A stretch of DNA of 64,000 bases from the human T2T-CHM13v2.0 reference genome, Homo sapiens, in NCBI RefSeq assembly GCF_009914755.1, contig NC_060932.1, one strand, 5' to 3'. The notes under the pieces were generated by a model. The model was not told the origin of the DNA, made no database searches, and saw only the letters and a list, made by a program, of their open reading frames with translations. Of the stretch, positions 1 to 15,330 are shown piece after piece. Position 1 is the first letter of the stretch. Each line of letters begins with the position of its first letter. A program made the position numbers and the translations under genes.

Positions 1-1088
1 GGTGACACTTGAGTGAAAGAATGGTGAAACCACTGATGCTTTATGAAAACTTTAGGAGTATAATGTCCCAAAGAAATCAGCAATTTACAAATGGGTAACT
101 CGTTTTAAGAAGGGATGAGATGATGTTGAAGATGAAGCCCATAGTGGCAAGCCATCCACATCAATTTGTGAGGAAAAAATTCATCTTTTTCATGCCCTAG
201 TTAAAGAGGACTGATAATTAACAGCAGAAACAATAGTCAACACCACAGACAACTCAATTGATTCAGCTTACACAATTCTGACTGAAAAAATCAAAGTTGA
301 GCAAACTTTCCCACAATGTATGCCAAAACCATTGCTTCTAGATCATCTGCAGACAAAAGCAGAGCTTTCAATGAAAATTGGAAACAAGTAACATCAAGAT
401 CCTGAAGCATTTCTTTGAAGTAACAAGAGATGAAATATGGCTTTACCAGTACAATCCTGAAGACAAAGCACAATCAAAGCAATGGCTACCAAGAGGTGTT
501 AAGTGCTCCAGTCAAAGCAAAAGTATACTAGTCAAGAGCTAAGGTCATGGCAACAGTTTTTTGGGATGGTCAAGGCATTTTGCTTGTTGATTTTCCGTAG
601 GGCCAACGAATGATAACATCTGCTTATTATGAGAGTGTTTTGAAAACATTAGCCAAAGACTTAGCAGAAAAACACCCAGGAAACCTTCACCTGAGAATCC
701 TCCTCCACCATGACAATGCTCCTGTTCATTCCTCTCATCAAACAAGAGCAATTTTATGAGAGTTTTCATGTTAGGCATCCACCTTACAGTCCTGATTTGG
801 CACCTTCTGACTTCTTTTTATTTCTTATCTTAACAAATCTTTACAGGGCACCCATTTTTCTTCAGTAATAATGCAAAAAAAAAAAAAAAAGAAAGAAAAA
901 GAAAGAAATGGTTGCACTGACATTGTTAAATTCCCAGGTCCCTCAGTTCTTTAGGGATGGACTAAATGATGGCTAGTATCATTGCTCACAAGAGTGTCTT
1001 GAACTTGATGGAGCTTATGTTGAGAAATTTTTATTTCGTATTTTTATCTTTTATTTCAATTTTTCTACAAACTTTTTGAAGTCCCCTG
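1..1088 (+). mobile_element. HSMAR2 mariner DNA transposon (degenerate; 5' end outside the window)
   Basis: Mariner transposase motifs HHDNAP (706-723) and HPPYSPDLAPSDF (776-814) amid stops/frameshifts; 3' terminal inverted repeat-like end AACTTTTTGAAGTCCCCT near 1070-1087. Confidence 0.9.
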
Positions 1089-1898
1089 TGTGTATGTATA
1101 TGTACATTCCTGAGCTGGAGTATAACATTACTTTGGACAAAATTCTTTACATTAAAATTCACTTCTAGAATAAAGAGGTTCACAACTATAGGTTTCAAAG
1201 AATATCAGAACAAGAAAGAGAACAAGAGATCTCTCTCCAGGTTAAACATCATTCCACTATCGATGAGGTTTGAATGTAGTTGCTCAAGCAGCTGTATATT
1301 CACCTAAACAGAGTAACAACCCAGTCTACATTTCTCCACCATATCCATCATATAATGTGAGGATTTCGGAGTGATTTTGTCAGATGTAGGGTTAAACTCC
1401 ATTGCCAGCACCCCTCAATGTACCCAAACAGGAATAGTCTACTTTTCCTGATTCCTTTTTAAAGTCTCACAAATTATCTTTTTAATTAAGCATTCTATAA
1501 TTTTTTCCCAGGAAACAGCTTCGATTTTATCAGCTGGTATTTATTGTCCATGAGTCACCTTTTGGACTACTGGGTTGACATTTCCTCAATTCCTGTCTTT
1601 TGGCCACTCTCATTTATCATAAGCTTTAAGAACTTATGGCTACGCAATTTTATCTGCATATCTTTTCAGTGCCCCAAAAGCAAATTTTTAGGGCCTAGAG
1701 ATATATTTTGTATAGCTACTATATTGTGTTCTCTTTTAACCATGTTTGTTTCATGCCTTCTAATTTTGAGAAATGAGAACACTATCTTTCATGAAGAAGA
1801 AATGGAAAGTAGGGGTTATTTGTTGATGTGAAAGGATAAGAGGTATCACATGGAATAGAACCTTTTAAAAGTGTTACGCTTTTCTAAAGTTTAAACAG

Positions 1899-2091
1899 CA
1901 GTAGTTCTCAACCCTGGCCACACATCAGAACCACCTGGAAAGCTTAAAACAAGACAAAAACAAACAAGCAAACAATCATGCCTGATCCCCACTCCAGAGT
2001 TCCTGATTTAATTGGTCTGGGGTGGGGCATGGACACGTGTGTTTTTAAAAGTTCTCCAGGAGATTCTAACATGCAGAGTTGAGAATTACTG
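1899..2091. mobile_element. MER5A-like hAT-Charlie element
   Basis: CAGTAGTTCTCAAC...TTGAGAATTACTG termini with typical MER5 body. Confidence 0.75.
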
Positions 2092-2273
2092 CAAATCTAA
2101 CCATTAGAAGAGTATAACATTTCTTTTTTTAAAGGCCTGATTTCCATAGGAAATCCTGTCTGTTGTTCCATGAGTTAGGATGCAGCAAAGCTTTGATAAA
2201 AAGGGATTTTCAGGCTGTAAGCCCATATACTCATGGAAGCTCTGAGCAACAAGAGGTGTTGGCTGACTTAGCT

Positions 2274-2478
2274 CAGTGGTTCTGAAAGTCTAATTTTGGA
2301 TAGCATCACTTGAGGAATGTATTGAAAACGCTGATTTCTGAAGCTCCCTTGCTGTCCTCCTTAAGGTTCTAAATTGCTTGGGAACGGAGGTAATGGGAGG
2401 GGTACCAGCACCTGCATTTGTAACAGGCAGGCAGGCCAAGCAGTTCTAATGCTGCTGTCCCACTCTGAAGACCACAGC
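2274..2478. mobile_element. MER5-family hAT-Charlie element, diverged
   Basis: CAGTGGTTCT start and MER5-like internal motifs (GCACCTGCATTTGTAACAG). Confidence 0.55.
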
Positions 2479-4769
2479 CTTACCCAATGGAACACACAGC
2501 CTTGAGAAGCATGGGGGACTACACCTTGAGCAAGATTTAGTATATTCAAAGTAAAGCTTTTCAGTCTTAGGCATGAATGGGCAAGAACCTCACAGACCAG
2601 GGCTGGCTTAGAGTTCAGCTCTGTCCCTTGACCAGCAGATCTAAAAGGAAGATCTTATCCTGGGTCAGAAAAACAGATGCTGACAAAGCTGTGTTTTCTG
2701 AGGTTCCCAGCATTTCTGAGGTCTTTCTTTACCAATCCCTCACAAATGCAGTGTTTTGTTCATTTCTTGTCAGCTGTCATCTTTACATTACTCCTTTTTA
2801 AATTTGTGATCTCCAAACATAACTTCTCTTTATCTTGACCAGTACTCATTTGAAAGCCTCAGCTTTTCAGGAGTTGGCCTTCCAGCCAATTCCCAGCAGC
2901 TGGTGCCGTTCAGGTACCCTGCGAGTGCCTCTTGTCTGTTGGAGAACTCAATGCAATCCCAGGCCTTGCTAGGTACCTGAGCTATTTCTTTCTCATGACA
3001 ATTATATGTGATCGTGTGACAGAACTGTTTTTTAGGGCTCCATTCCTCTTGCACCATATTCCCTTCTGGTTTCTGGCCATAGAATCATACCTATAATTTT
3101 CTGAACTGTTCGCTATCTATCTCATTAAAGTTAAGTCTCCTGGACCCCAGTGCCTGACTCCATTCTACCTTGGAGTGAGTTGCCTGATTACCCAGGGTCT
3201 CCCTGCTAGAACCTGGGTATAGATTTGCTCTTTTTTGAGTTTTCACACCACTTTTTTACTAGTCACAATACCTCTTTTACATGTAATTGTAAACTCAACA
3301 ACGATATAATTTTCCTTCTTGGTGAGAATTAGATAGTAGAGCCTCATTTTTTTTCATTCATTTTCTTAGATATGAAATTGTCACGTCAATAATTTACCGA
3401 ATGCACTGAGCAGAATAAACATTCTAGTAAAGGCCTAGAGAGCTGAAAAACATTTTTACTACATCTTGCCTCTCGCAGTTTGAAACTGGGGTTAGGAAAC
3501 ATGGCCTATGGATGGTAGTGGCTTGTGGTCCCTGGTTTTAAACTGCTCCCATGGTGGAATCACTTGAGTCTCTCTCCTTTCATCTCCACACAAATATTCT
3601 CCATCCCACCTCTTCGTGCAGGCTTCTGGCTTTCTGTGCACTTTCAGACATTTTGGACATATAATGCTCCTCTGCTATCTGTTCTCTCAGGGCTTCCATA
3701 TTCTAGTCCTGAGCCCTGTGTTTCAGGGGTATCTAGGAAATCTTGATTTCTTTCAGGTGTTAACATCTCAAGTTCCTTTGCTTCATATTCACACTTGAAA
3801 TCAGATATAACATTCCTTACTTTTTCCTCCTGTTATTTTTGCATGCAAATTAAGAGATTCTCCAATTGCTCTGTGTCATACGTTTTCTTACGAATAACAG
3901 GGCTTATAGTTTCACTTGAGTAATTTTTCCACCCTCTTAAACTGCAGTTTAAGGTCTTGATGAGGTTACCAAATCTCTGACAAGCATATATTCTTTCCAG
4001 TCTTCACAGGGCACGCTTCGGCCCTTGCTAGGAGTCCATCGTTCTGCCATAACATTTGCTCCCAGGTCATCTGCTTGCAAGAGGCAATCGAGAGTTTGGG
4101 AAACCCTTACAAAAGAAATGACAATAGTTTATTTTTAGCTCCTGACATTTTGTGCTCCTAATACCCAGTAAGCCTTTCTGCCCCACAGTCAGGATGCTTT
4201 AATTGGCAGTAAATGGTGAGGCGGTAACCCAGAAACAGACATTGTTTCAGTGTTGGTCTTAATGTCCCTGAGGCCTAACTGCTGACCTTGTCTTCCCTGT
4301 AGCTGTGGCCATCATTGACTGAGGGGGGAGAAGTCCTCTTCCTCCTACTGTAATGGTTCTCTTATTGACCTCCTCAAAGGCTAGCCTTGTTTAGGTCAGG
4401 TTATCATTCAGCATTCTTACAGGAACTTTGGATTCATTACCTCCGATCTAGGTCAGAAGACATCTAAGTGACACCACCCAGGTCCAACCTCCAAGGGTTT
4501 CCATGTGCTGATGGAAAACCTGTCTCCCAGTCACTCAACGTCCTGACTGAGGAGGAAACCCTGCTGACCTGGGCTTTCTCCACTCCCGTGGCTGGGAATA
4601 GCTTTTGTTTTTCCTTTTTGTTTGAGAGTCTAATCCTGGCAAAGTGGGATAAAAATTATTAGTGCTAATGTTCTTTTTACAACAACTTCTTTCTTAAATG
4701 AATGAACAAATAAATGAAAATTTAAGATTCCCTTCCAGTGATCACTTCCGCCTCCAGCAATTAATCCAT

Positions 4770-6020
4770 CTCTCAGTTGCCTTTCACAACAAAACTTTTT
4801 AAAAGAGAGGTCTATACATGCTGTTTCTACCTTCCCATCTTCCATGCCTTCTTTAACCCACTAATCTGGCATGCATCCTCCCCAGTCATTTGCAAATGTT
4901 CTCAGGTCCCCACTATGCCCTCAGGTTACCGAGAGTTTTCTCTCATCTCGCTTGCCCTCCTCTTGGGGTCATTTAACTGAGTGCTCCCCCAGAAACACCC
5001 TTCCCCTGCTTCTTCTCTCCTTTCTTGCCTCCTATTCCTCTACTCAACCTCTGAACGTAGGGGCTCCTCAGGGCTTGGTCTTGGGCCCTCAGTTTTCTAT
5101 CTATAATCCTTTCCCAAGTGATCACACTCAATCCTAAAGCTTTAAATACTTTCTACATGTTGGCAACTCTGGAATTCATTATCTCCAGCCTAACCTCCCT
5201 CAGAATCATATATGCCTCTGGACATCTGTGTTTCAAGTACAATGCACCTGACACTGCCACTTGGCTAATGGGCATTCCAAACTTATATCCAAAACTGAGT
5301 TCTTAATTTCCTAGCACATTCCTCCCAAATCTGTTCCTTCTCCCATGTTCTCTATCATCTCAGTATATGGCCTTACCAGCTGATTAAGCCAGAGACCTGA
5401 GAGGCATCTTTGATTCCTTTTTCTTTCATCCCATACACAGAAGCCATCAGCAGGTCCAATTCTCCAACATCTTCCACTTGGATTACTGTTATTACAGATT
5501 ACTCCTCATCTGTCTCCCACCGCACACACTCGCCACCTTCCAAATGATCCTCGCACAGCAGGGAGAGTGCTCTTCACAGAATGTAAATCTGACCACGCTG
5601 CTCCCTTGCTCAGGACATTTGCCGCTCTTCCCATCACATTTAAAATAGAGTCCAAAAGCCTCGCCATAACTGACAAAGCCTTGCCGCATTTGGCTCCTGC
5701 TCTGCTCCAAACCTCATCCCATGCCATCTGGTCCCCTGGAGTGTTCCCTTCACTCTGGCACTTGGGCCCTCTTTCCTGCCTCAAGGCCTCTGTCCTTGCT
5801 TTCCTAATGCCTACAGAGCTCAGGTTACCTGGCCTCCTAAGAGGAATGTGATGACCACCCTGTGTAGAGTAGGATACACCTGCTGGGCTCTTCCTTGATG
5901 CCCCGCGCCTGCCCTCGCAGACTATACACTGCATGAGGCAGGGCCCTTCTATCATGCTCAGGGTTGCATCCCCAGTACCTGGCACCTAGGTGATCAGTAC
6001 TGAAAGAATATCTAGTTGTG
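4770..6020 (+). mobile_element. L2 LINE 3' fragment
   Basis: L2-type motifs (TCCAAAACTGAGTTCTTAATTTCC, AAGCCAGAGACCTGAGAGGCATCTTTGATTCC, CCCAGTACCTGGCAC). Confidence 0.7.
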
Positions 6021-6099
6021 GGTGTTTTTGTACATTGGATTCCTAAGGATCTACCTTCATATGCCACAGTTCCCAAAAATGGTATTCAAATTGGGGTCT

Positions 6100-6540
6100 G
6101 CACCACTCAGTATGCTGTTTAGCTCTCCTTCAATGTGATGGCCAGCTGTGGAGGCTGGCCCCTTCAGACCCACCACTGTCTTCATGTTAAGGCCACATTT
6201 TCCGTCCAGGTCCCTGCCCTCTCCCCAGCTGCTGACCTAGCACTGAGGGTATATTATTGGCCCATCCCTGCCCTGCAAGGATTCTTCTCTTGGGCAACTT
6301 TGGCATGGGGACACCATGGGCCCGTCAGTGGCTTTCTCAGAACTGTGCTGCAATCTGAGGCTTTTCCCACCCAGCCCCTCCTTCTTTCTCTCTTTCTCCC
6401 CTCACAGGTGTGAGAACTACAACAGGGTGTGAAGGCTGTCCTGGCCTACTCCTGCTGTCTTCCCCTTTATCTTTCAAAAGTGTCCCCTAATCTATCACAT
6501 TTCTAATCCAGTTGAGGCAACAGCTTCCCAGGGGTGCTTT
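6100..6540 (+). mobile_element. ERVL solo LTR (LTR16-like)
   Basis: Resembles LTR16 3' half (CTCCCCTCACAGGTGTGAG...CTTCCCCTTTATC...TCTAATCC...GCTTC). Confidence 0.6.
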
Positions 6541-7413
6541 AGAACCTTGAAATATCAATACCATAAAACATGGTCCAGAAAAACTAACTTTTATTTGATA
6601 GTATGTATAAAACCATCTGTTCATTTCCCATACCTCTTCCAGACATGACCTTCAACTGGAAGGGATTAAAACAAACAAACAAACAAAAAAAAAAAACACA
6701 AAAAACACTTGTGCCCCAGAGCCTTTGGTTTACCACCCAGGGCTCTGATCACTCGAGATACATTCCAGAATTCATTTAACATGTGTTCCCACCGGAGTCA
6801 GCAGAATGGGTAACCACGGGCAGACAGCACATTCTGGCAATTCTCAGGCCCATGCTCCAGAAAGACAGCCTTAAGTTCATACTCAGGGTTTATAAATAGT
6901 GAGTCATCAACCACTACCAGTTGTCTTGGTACTAGTGACATAATCTTGTAACTCCTGGTGACTAGAGAGCTTCATTAATTTTGTGGAGAATAAAACCTGC
7001 TCTCTTCATCAGAGGGAGAACTGCATTCTAATTTGTAACTTGTACGATGTGGCACTTCTCCCCCTTCTCTGATTGAAAATCAGTATTTATTCCTGCTCTG
7101 CCTTACTGCCATGAATACCAAGGCCATTGTCTATTTTGTTCACCGTTATAACCCATGGAATGCACTCCATAATTATTTGTTGAGCAAATTATCAAATAGA
7201 TGCTTTCATATTATCTCATTTTAGCCTCAAACAACCCTGGGAGGTATATGTATTATCTTCATTTTACTGGAACTCAGAAAGATCAAGTGACTTTTCCAAG
7301 GTCACTTGGTACTCTCCAATAATTCAGACACCAAATATTCCAGGAGCATGTCTGACAGGGTCAGAAAATTCAGTTGCTAACTGTTTGGCTAACATTTGTT
7401 GAATACTCTAAGC

Positions 7414-7925
7414 CAGTGGTCCCCAGTGTTTTTGGCAACAGGGATGGGTTTTGTGGAAGACAATTTTTCCATGGACAGGGTTGGGGGGTATGGTTTCAGG
7501 GTAATTCAAGCACATTACATTTATTGTGCACTTTATATTATTATTACATTGTAATATATAATGAAATAATTATAAAACTCACCATAATGTATTAACAGAA
7601 TCAGTGGGAAACCTGAGCTTTTTTTCCTGCAACTAGACAGTCCCATCTACGGGTGATGGGAGACAGTGACAGATCATCAGGCATTAGATTCTCATAAGGA
7701 GTGCACCACCTAGATCCTTGCATGCACAGTGCACAACAGGATTTGCACTCCTATGACAATCTAATGCTGCCACTGGATTAATGGAGCTCAAGCAGTAACG
7801 CAAGCCATGGGGAGTGTCTGTAAATACAGATGAAGCTTCGCTTGCTCGCTCACCTGCCCACCCCTCACCTCCTGCTGTGCAGCCTGGTTCCTAACAGGCC
7901 AAGGACCAGTAGGGTGAACCCTGCT
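7414..7925. mobile_element. MER1A hAT-Charlie element
   Basis: CAGTGGTCCCCA start; characteristic GGAAGACAATTTTTCCATGGAC and CATTAGATTCTCATAAGGAG. Confidence 0.85.
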
Positions 7926-8156
7926 CTAAGCACTTAATATTTTTATCACATTTGAGAGAGAGTTAACTATTACTACCACCCCTACTTTACAGATGATGAA
8001 ACAGATTTGGACAGGTAGAGTGACTTGCCTAAGGCCATACAGGTAAGGGGTAAGGCTGAAACTACAATATAGGACTCATTCAAAGTTCATGCTCTAAATT
8101 CTCACTCCGTTTGGCTTTTTTTCCAACAATAGGAAACAATCATTCCTCCTACAAAC

Positions 8157-8452
8157 TTTTTTTTTTTTTTTTGACAGTGATGGAGTCTCATTTTGTTGCC
8201 CAGGCTGGAGTGCAGTGACGCAATCTCAGCTCACTGAGACCTCCATCTCCCAGGTTCAAGTGATCCTCCTGCTTCAGCCTCCTGAGTAGCTGGGATTACA
8301 GGTCTGCACTATGAGGCCCAGCTAATTTTTGTATTTTTAGTAGACACAGAGTTTTGCTATGAGGCTGGTCTCGAACTCATGACCTCAAGCCATCCGCTGG
8401 CCTTGGCCTCCCAAAGCGCTGGGATTGTAGGCGTGAGCCACCGTGACTGGCC
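8157..8452 (-). mobile_element. Alu SINE
   Basis: PolyT followed by full antisense Alu dimer. Confidence 0.95.
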
Positions 8453-8922
8453 CAAACATTTAACAAAGAAAAACAGTGTATCATCTTTGAGAGACTAATG
8501 AAAAGTCAATAAAACAAATCTGGTAGAAGTATAAATCACAGAGCAGAATTGTATTTTACCTTTCATTAAAAGAAAAAAAAAAGGATCTTAGTGTTCAGAC
8601 AGTAGCTTGGGAAGGAGATCAACACTGACTGATATCCAGTCATTGTCAGTGTTCTGTTAAAACTGTTACCAAAGACTTGAGGCACCCACTTTAAGTCCCA
8701 ATGACAAAAGAACAAAACAAAATGGGGCAGTGTCCTCTTGGGCTGCAATTAAGGAAAATCTATGTGTATAAGAAAGAGAAAGGGAAGGTAGTATAACACA
8801 TAAGAGAATTAAACAGAAACATGGGATGTTCTTCCTGAGGCTTGGTGTCCCCATTAGTTTTACATTTGACCACTTAATTCATATGTCACATACCTGTGAT
8901 TAAAAAAAAAAAAAAAAAAAAA

Positions 8923-9262
<340 letters not shown>

Positions 9263-9644
9263 TTATCCACTGAGGTGCCTTTAGCTAAGTTAACATGCAT
9301 AGAGATGAACATTCAAAACACGGTATTTCACTATCAGCAGGGCGCAGGCCAATCAGAGTAGATCCTGCACCCTGTGCTGGTGCACAATCCAGCTAGCGTC
9401 CTGCTCTGCCAAGTGTCACCCCTTCAGTTGCTGGATTTCGAAGGGGTGAAATAGGGGACAGGGTGGCTGAGGGAGTACCCACTGGGGTCAGGCCTGTGAT
9501 CTTATTCCCATCTGGGTAGAAGTATTTCCACATGGTCACTGGCACAATCATAGTGCTTTCTGTAGCTAAAAATCAGCTCTGGATACAGGTTAACTAGGCA
9601 CTAATTTCAATGCTTTAAGTGAAAATGTTTGACAGTGAGCCTTC

Positions 9645-9944
<300 letters not shown>

Positions 9945-10736
9945 ATTCATTTTTCTTTAGATAAAGTTATTTTAATGAAGAACCAGTTTAGAATACAAGA
10001 AAGGCAAACCTCTATATTTTGACATAAACTTCACTTCATTGTGTTGGTGCATTAAAGTATTTTCTTTGAAATTCAAATTTTTGCTTTTAATCTGTCTTCT
10101 CCCTGGAATCTGACAGTAGCCACAACAATCCTCTTCAAGTGGTAGATTTATTCCCTTAGGCCTATAATTAGACTTTCAAGAACTAAACAAGAAAATACCA
10201 GTAAACCTCACTTTATATAATCATGCAATCGAATACTCTTTATGCAAATGGCATTAGAAGGCTGGGCTATGACATCAGCTGTAGGCACGCCTCCCTTGCA
10301 CAAGGAGCTTCTGCATATGCCAGTGGGCTATGGCATTTTCTTAAAGTGGCAGGCTCTATTATTAGAGCCTTTCATAACCCAAGTCAATTAAAACCTGGTT
10401 TTATATTGAGTTGGTAAGCTTTCTAGTTAGAGCTTTTAAGCTGTTTCAAATCACAGAAGCTTAGTTTAGTTGCGAAGCAATCTCTGTCAGTAGGATGGTC
10501 ACTGGTCATAGGAATTTTTCCTTTTGGATGATGCAAGCAATCATTGAAAAAAAAAATGAAGGCAGTTTGAATTTGAAAACCAAAACTCAAACTAATCAAC
10601 CCACCAGATAACAAACCAATCAAAATCAAAACAAACGGAAAACCAGGTTTACGGTATGAATGGAAACATAAGGGACTTTTACTTATTTGATAGTTGTCTG
10701 CATAGTTTGAATTGTTAACCATGAAGCACGTATTAC

Positions 10737-10797
10737 TTTTTTTTTTTTTTTTTTTTTTGAGACGGAGTCTCGCTCTGTCGCCCAGGCTGGAGTGCAG
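10737..10797 (-). mobile_element. Extremely 5'-truncated Alu (AluY-like 3' end plus polyA) with TSD
   Basis: PolyT + GAGACGGAGTCTCGCTCTGTCGCCCAGGCTGGAGTGCAG flanked by GCACGTATTACTTTT (10726-10740) and GCATGTATTACTTTT (10798-10812). Confidence 0.9.
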
Positions 10798-11482
10798 GCA
10801 TGTATTACTTTTATAAGTAAAAACTACCCCCAACATGACTACTCAAGAATGAGATACTATGAAGAAAAGTTCCAGAGCATTTACAAGCTAAGAGAGGCAT
10901 TTCCCATAGCTATTAATTCAAAATATAAGAAACCTCAAGTATTTTGAACACTTATACCTCTCCAGACTGGACACCCCGATGCAGCAATGTATTTTCATAA
11001 CCACCCCTTCCAGAGAGTATTACCTTTTAGATAACTAATGAGCTTTTTTTAAAATAAAAAGTTTCTATTATGTGCAGCTATAGAGCTAAATGCTCACAAC
11101 TACTCAGTAAAGCAGTTCATTTCAGAGATGAGAACAATGTGATTTGGAGACATGAAGTGAGTTTACTCCTCCAGGTCACTCAAATTCTAAATGCCAGAGA
11201 TGAATTTGAACCTAAGTGTACCTGGCTGAGAAAGTCCATGCTATTTTCTCTACCTCCGTGACTCTAAAATACCTTCTTCCTGCTATTGACACACAGGAAG
11301 GTGTATCTAGGGTCACACATAGGATTCTCAACTTGCTGGCTGCAACTCAAACTCTGTTTTCCCCTCTCAAGAAAGTACACTGAAATGCTACTGAATTAAT
11401 TCTTATAGAGATAACCTTGAACCCATTCTTATAAGTCTATACACTTCAGTAATTTAAAATGATCATTAGGTAACTTCTTTCC

Positions 11483-12067
<585 letters not shown>

Positions 12068-13374
12068 GATAACTTCTTTCCATAGCTAGAAGCCACACAT
12101 CAGTGCATGGCACACCTCCTTGAAGAACTACTGCACCACACCTCAAAGGGTTTTACACTTTACAAAAGTACTTTTCCAAACTTAAAAAAAAAAAAGTCCT
12201 CCTCACAGTGCTGTGAGATGGGAGAAGATACTGCTTTAAAGCTAAGAAACCTAGGCCTCGGAGGCTTTAGCCACTTGCCGACAAACTGAATGACAGCTTC
12301 TGAATGGCTCCTCTATCACTTCCCCATACAAAAACCTTTCCCACAGACACCTGGCCTTCCAACCTACTTCTACCAGTGTAGAAGCTTTTGTGCATACTTT
12401 TAACCCAGACAGTTCATGTCTAGGAATTCTCCCAAGAAAATAACCACGATCACTTTTTTTGACTGAAAAGAATAAAATGGATCTCGGGGTTTAAACTGTT
12501 GATCAGAAAGGTTATCACAAGTTCAGTATTATTTTCCTGTTCAACCAACAGTGCGTAAGTGGCTCAAGGTGAGTTCTATTTTCATGCTACCAATAAAATC
12601 CAGTGCATTTATATATATTAACATAATTTATAACTTTATTTTGTAATTTTATAAATTATTTTTTAAATATTACTTCATGTTTACGTGCATTTTATAAAAT
12701 TTATATATAAAGTTACATTTTATACATAATGAGTCATAAACTGCATAATGATATTTTGGTCAATGATAGACTACATACAGAATGGTAGTCCCATAAGATT
12801 ATAATGGAGCTGAAAAATTCCTATAATCTAGTGATATTGCAGTCTTTGTAATATTGTAGTGCAATGTGTTACTGGCGTTTGTGGTGATGCAGGTATTAAC
12901 AAATCTATTCAGCTGCCAGTCATAAAAGCACAGCACGTGCAGTTATATACAGTATGTAATACTTGATAATGACAATAAACAATTGTTACTGGTTTATGTA
13001 CTTACTATACTATATACTTTTCATTATTTTAGAGTGTACTCATCTCCTTATTAAAAAAAGTGTTAACTGTAAAATAGCCTCAGGGAGGTTCTTCAGAAGG
13101 TATTACGAAAGAAGGCATCATTTAAGTTATCACAGATGACAGCTCTGTGTTTGTTATTTCCCCTGGAGTCCCTCCAGTGGGACACGAAGACAGTGATACT
13201 GATGATCCTGACTCTCTGTACGTCTATGCTAATGTGTGCTTGTGTCTTAGTTTTAACAAAAAAGTTTAAAAATAAATAAAAAATGTTAAAAATAGAAAAA
13301 AAACAGAGAATAAAGATATAAATATTTTTGTATAGCTGTCTGTACAATGTGTTTGTGTTTTATTACAAGAGTCA

Positions 13375-13876
<502 letters not shown>

Positions 13877-13976
13877 TCACCACTCAGATTCACCCAGAGC
13901 AAATACCCAGTTCTGCAAGCTTCATTCATGGTATGTGCCCAATACAGGTCTAACATTTTGTATTTTTTACACTGCA

Positions 13977-14274
13977 TTTTTTTTTTCTTGAGACAGAGTC
14001 CCGCTCTGTCACCCAGGCTGGAGTGCAGTGGTGCAATCTCAGCTCACTGCAACCTCCGACTCCTGGGTTCAAGCAATTCTCCCCGCTCAGACTCCCAAGT
14101 ATTTGAGTCTACAGGCACCCGCCACCACACCCGGCTAATTTTTTTTGTATTTTTAGTAGAGATGGGGTTTCGCCATGTTGACCAGGCTGGTCACGAACCC
14201 CTGACCTAAGGTGATCCGCCTGCCTCGGCCTCCCAAAGTGTTAGGCTTACAGGGGTGAGCCACCGCTTCTGGTC
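13977..14274 (-). mobile_element. Alu SINE
   Basis: Antisense dimer with TSD TACACTG(C/T)ATTTTT. Confidence 0.95.
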
Positions 14275-15330
14275 TACACTGTATTTTTACTGTACCTGTT
14301 TTTGTATTTAGATACAAAAATACTTAGCATTGTGTTACAACTGCCTACAGCATTCAGTACAATAACAGTCTGTACAGGTTTGTGGCCCAAGAGCAATATA
14401 GCCTCAGTCTGCAGTAGGCTATACCATCTACGTTTATGTAAGACATTCTATGATGTTCATACAATGACAAAACTGCCTAAAAATGCATTTCTCAAAACAT
14501 ATCTCCATGGGTAAGCAAGGCATGACTGTATAATATGTAAACATGTAATAGAATCACTTAGGGTTACAACACTGATGATCATAGGTTAAGATGTTATATG
14601 TAAATATGGCATAATGATTTTTAAGTATCTTATGTCAATGTTTTAAATATAAATTGAGCTTATTGTGCCTAAAAAAAATTAACACCATCACAGTACATTT
14701 TAAGCTGTGAGCATGTCTGCTAAACAATAGGTTTATCGATTGGTAATCAGTGCCTTAGGCCTCTTGGAAGGAAGCGTTGACCCCATATATATGGCCATTC
14801 CCTGTGTGACACTACTTGATTCAAGTCAGGGGTCTGTATCTGCTCCTTCCTTGCCCCTCAGCTTCCACTCCTATTTTCCCCAAACCATACTCTCTTGACC
14901 TTAGGGAAGCATTTGGGATGCTGACTACCATTGTTGAGAATGTATTTAATCCACACACTGGTACAAAGCAGGCACTCAGTGAACGGATGGTAGTTCATGA
15001 CCCTGACAACCCAGCCTCAAACCCAAACTCTTCTCATGTCTGAGAACCTATATGACCCTGGTGCTCCTACTACCTCTTCTGACTATTCTTTCAGTTACTT
15101 CTCCTAGCTCCTTCTCTACCTATCCCTTAGTGAGGGCTTTCCAATGTTTTAACTTTGGTTTGTTTATTCTTTTCACTACATACAGCCTTAAAGGTATGTT
15201 CCTAAGACTTCACCTTTATACAAATCACTCCAGTCCTGACTTCTCAGTCTCAGTATCATGTTCCAAACTACATATGCTGTGTTCAAAATATGTTGCCATG
15301 TGCCCTTTACCAGTGTGCTTTTTCAGTACT

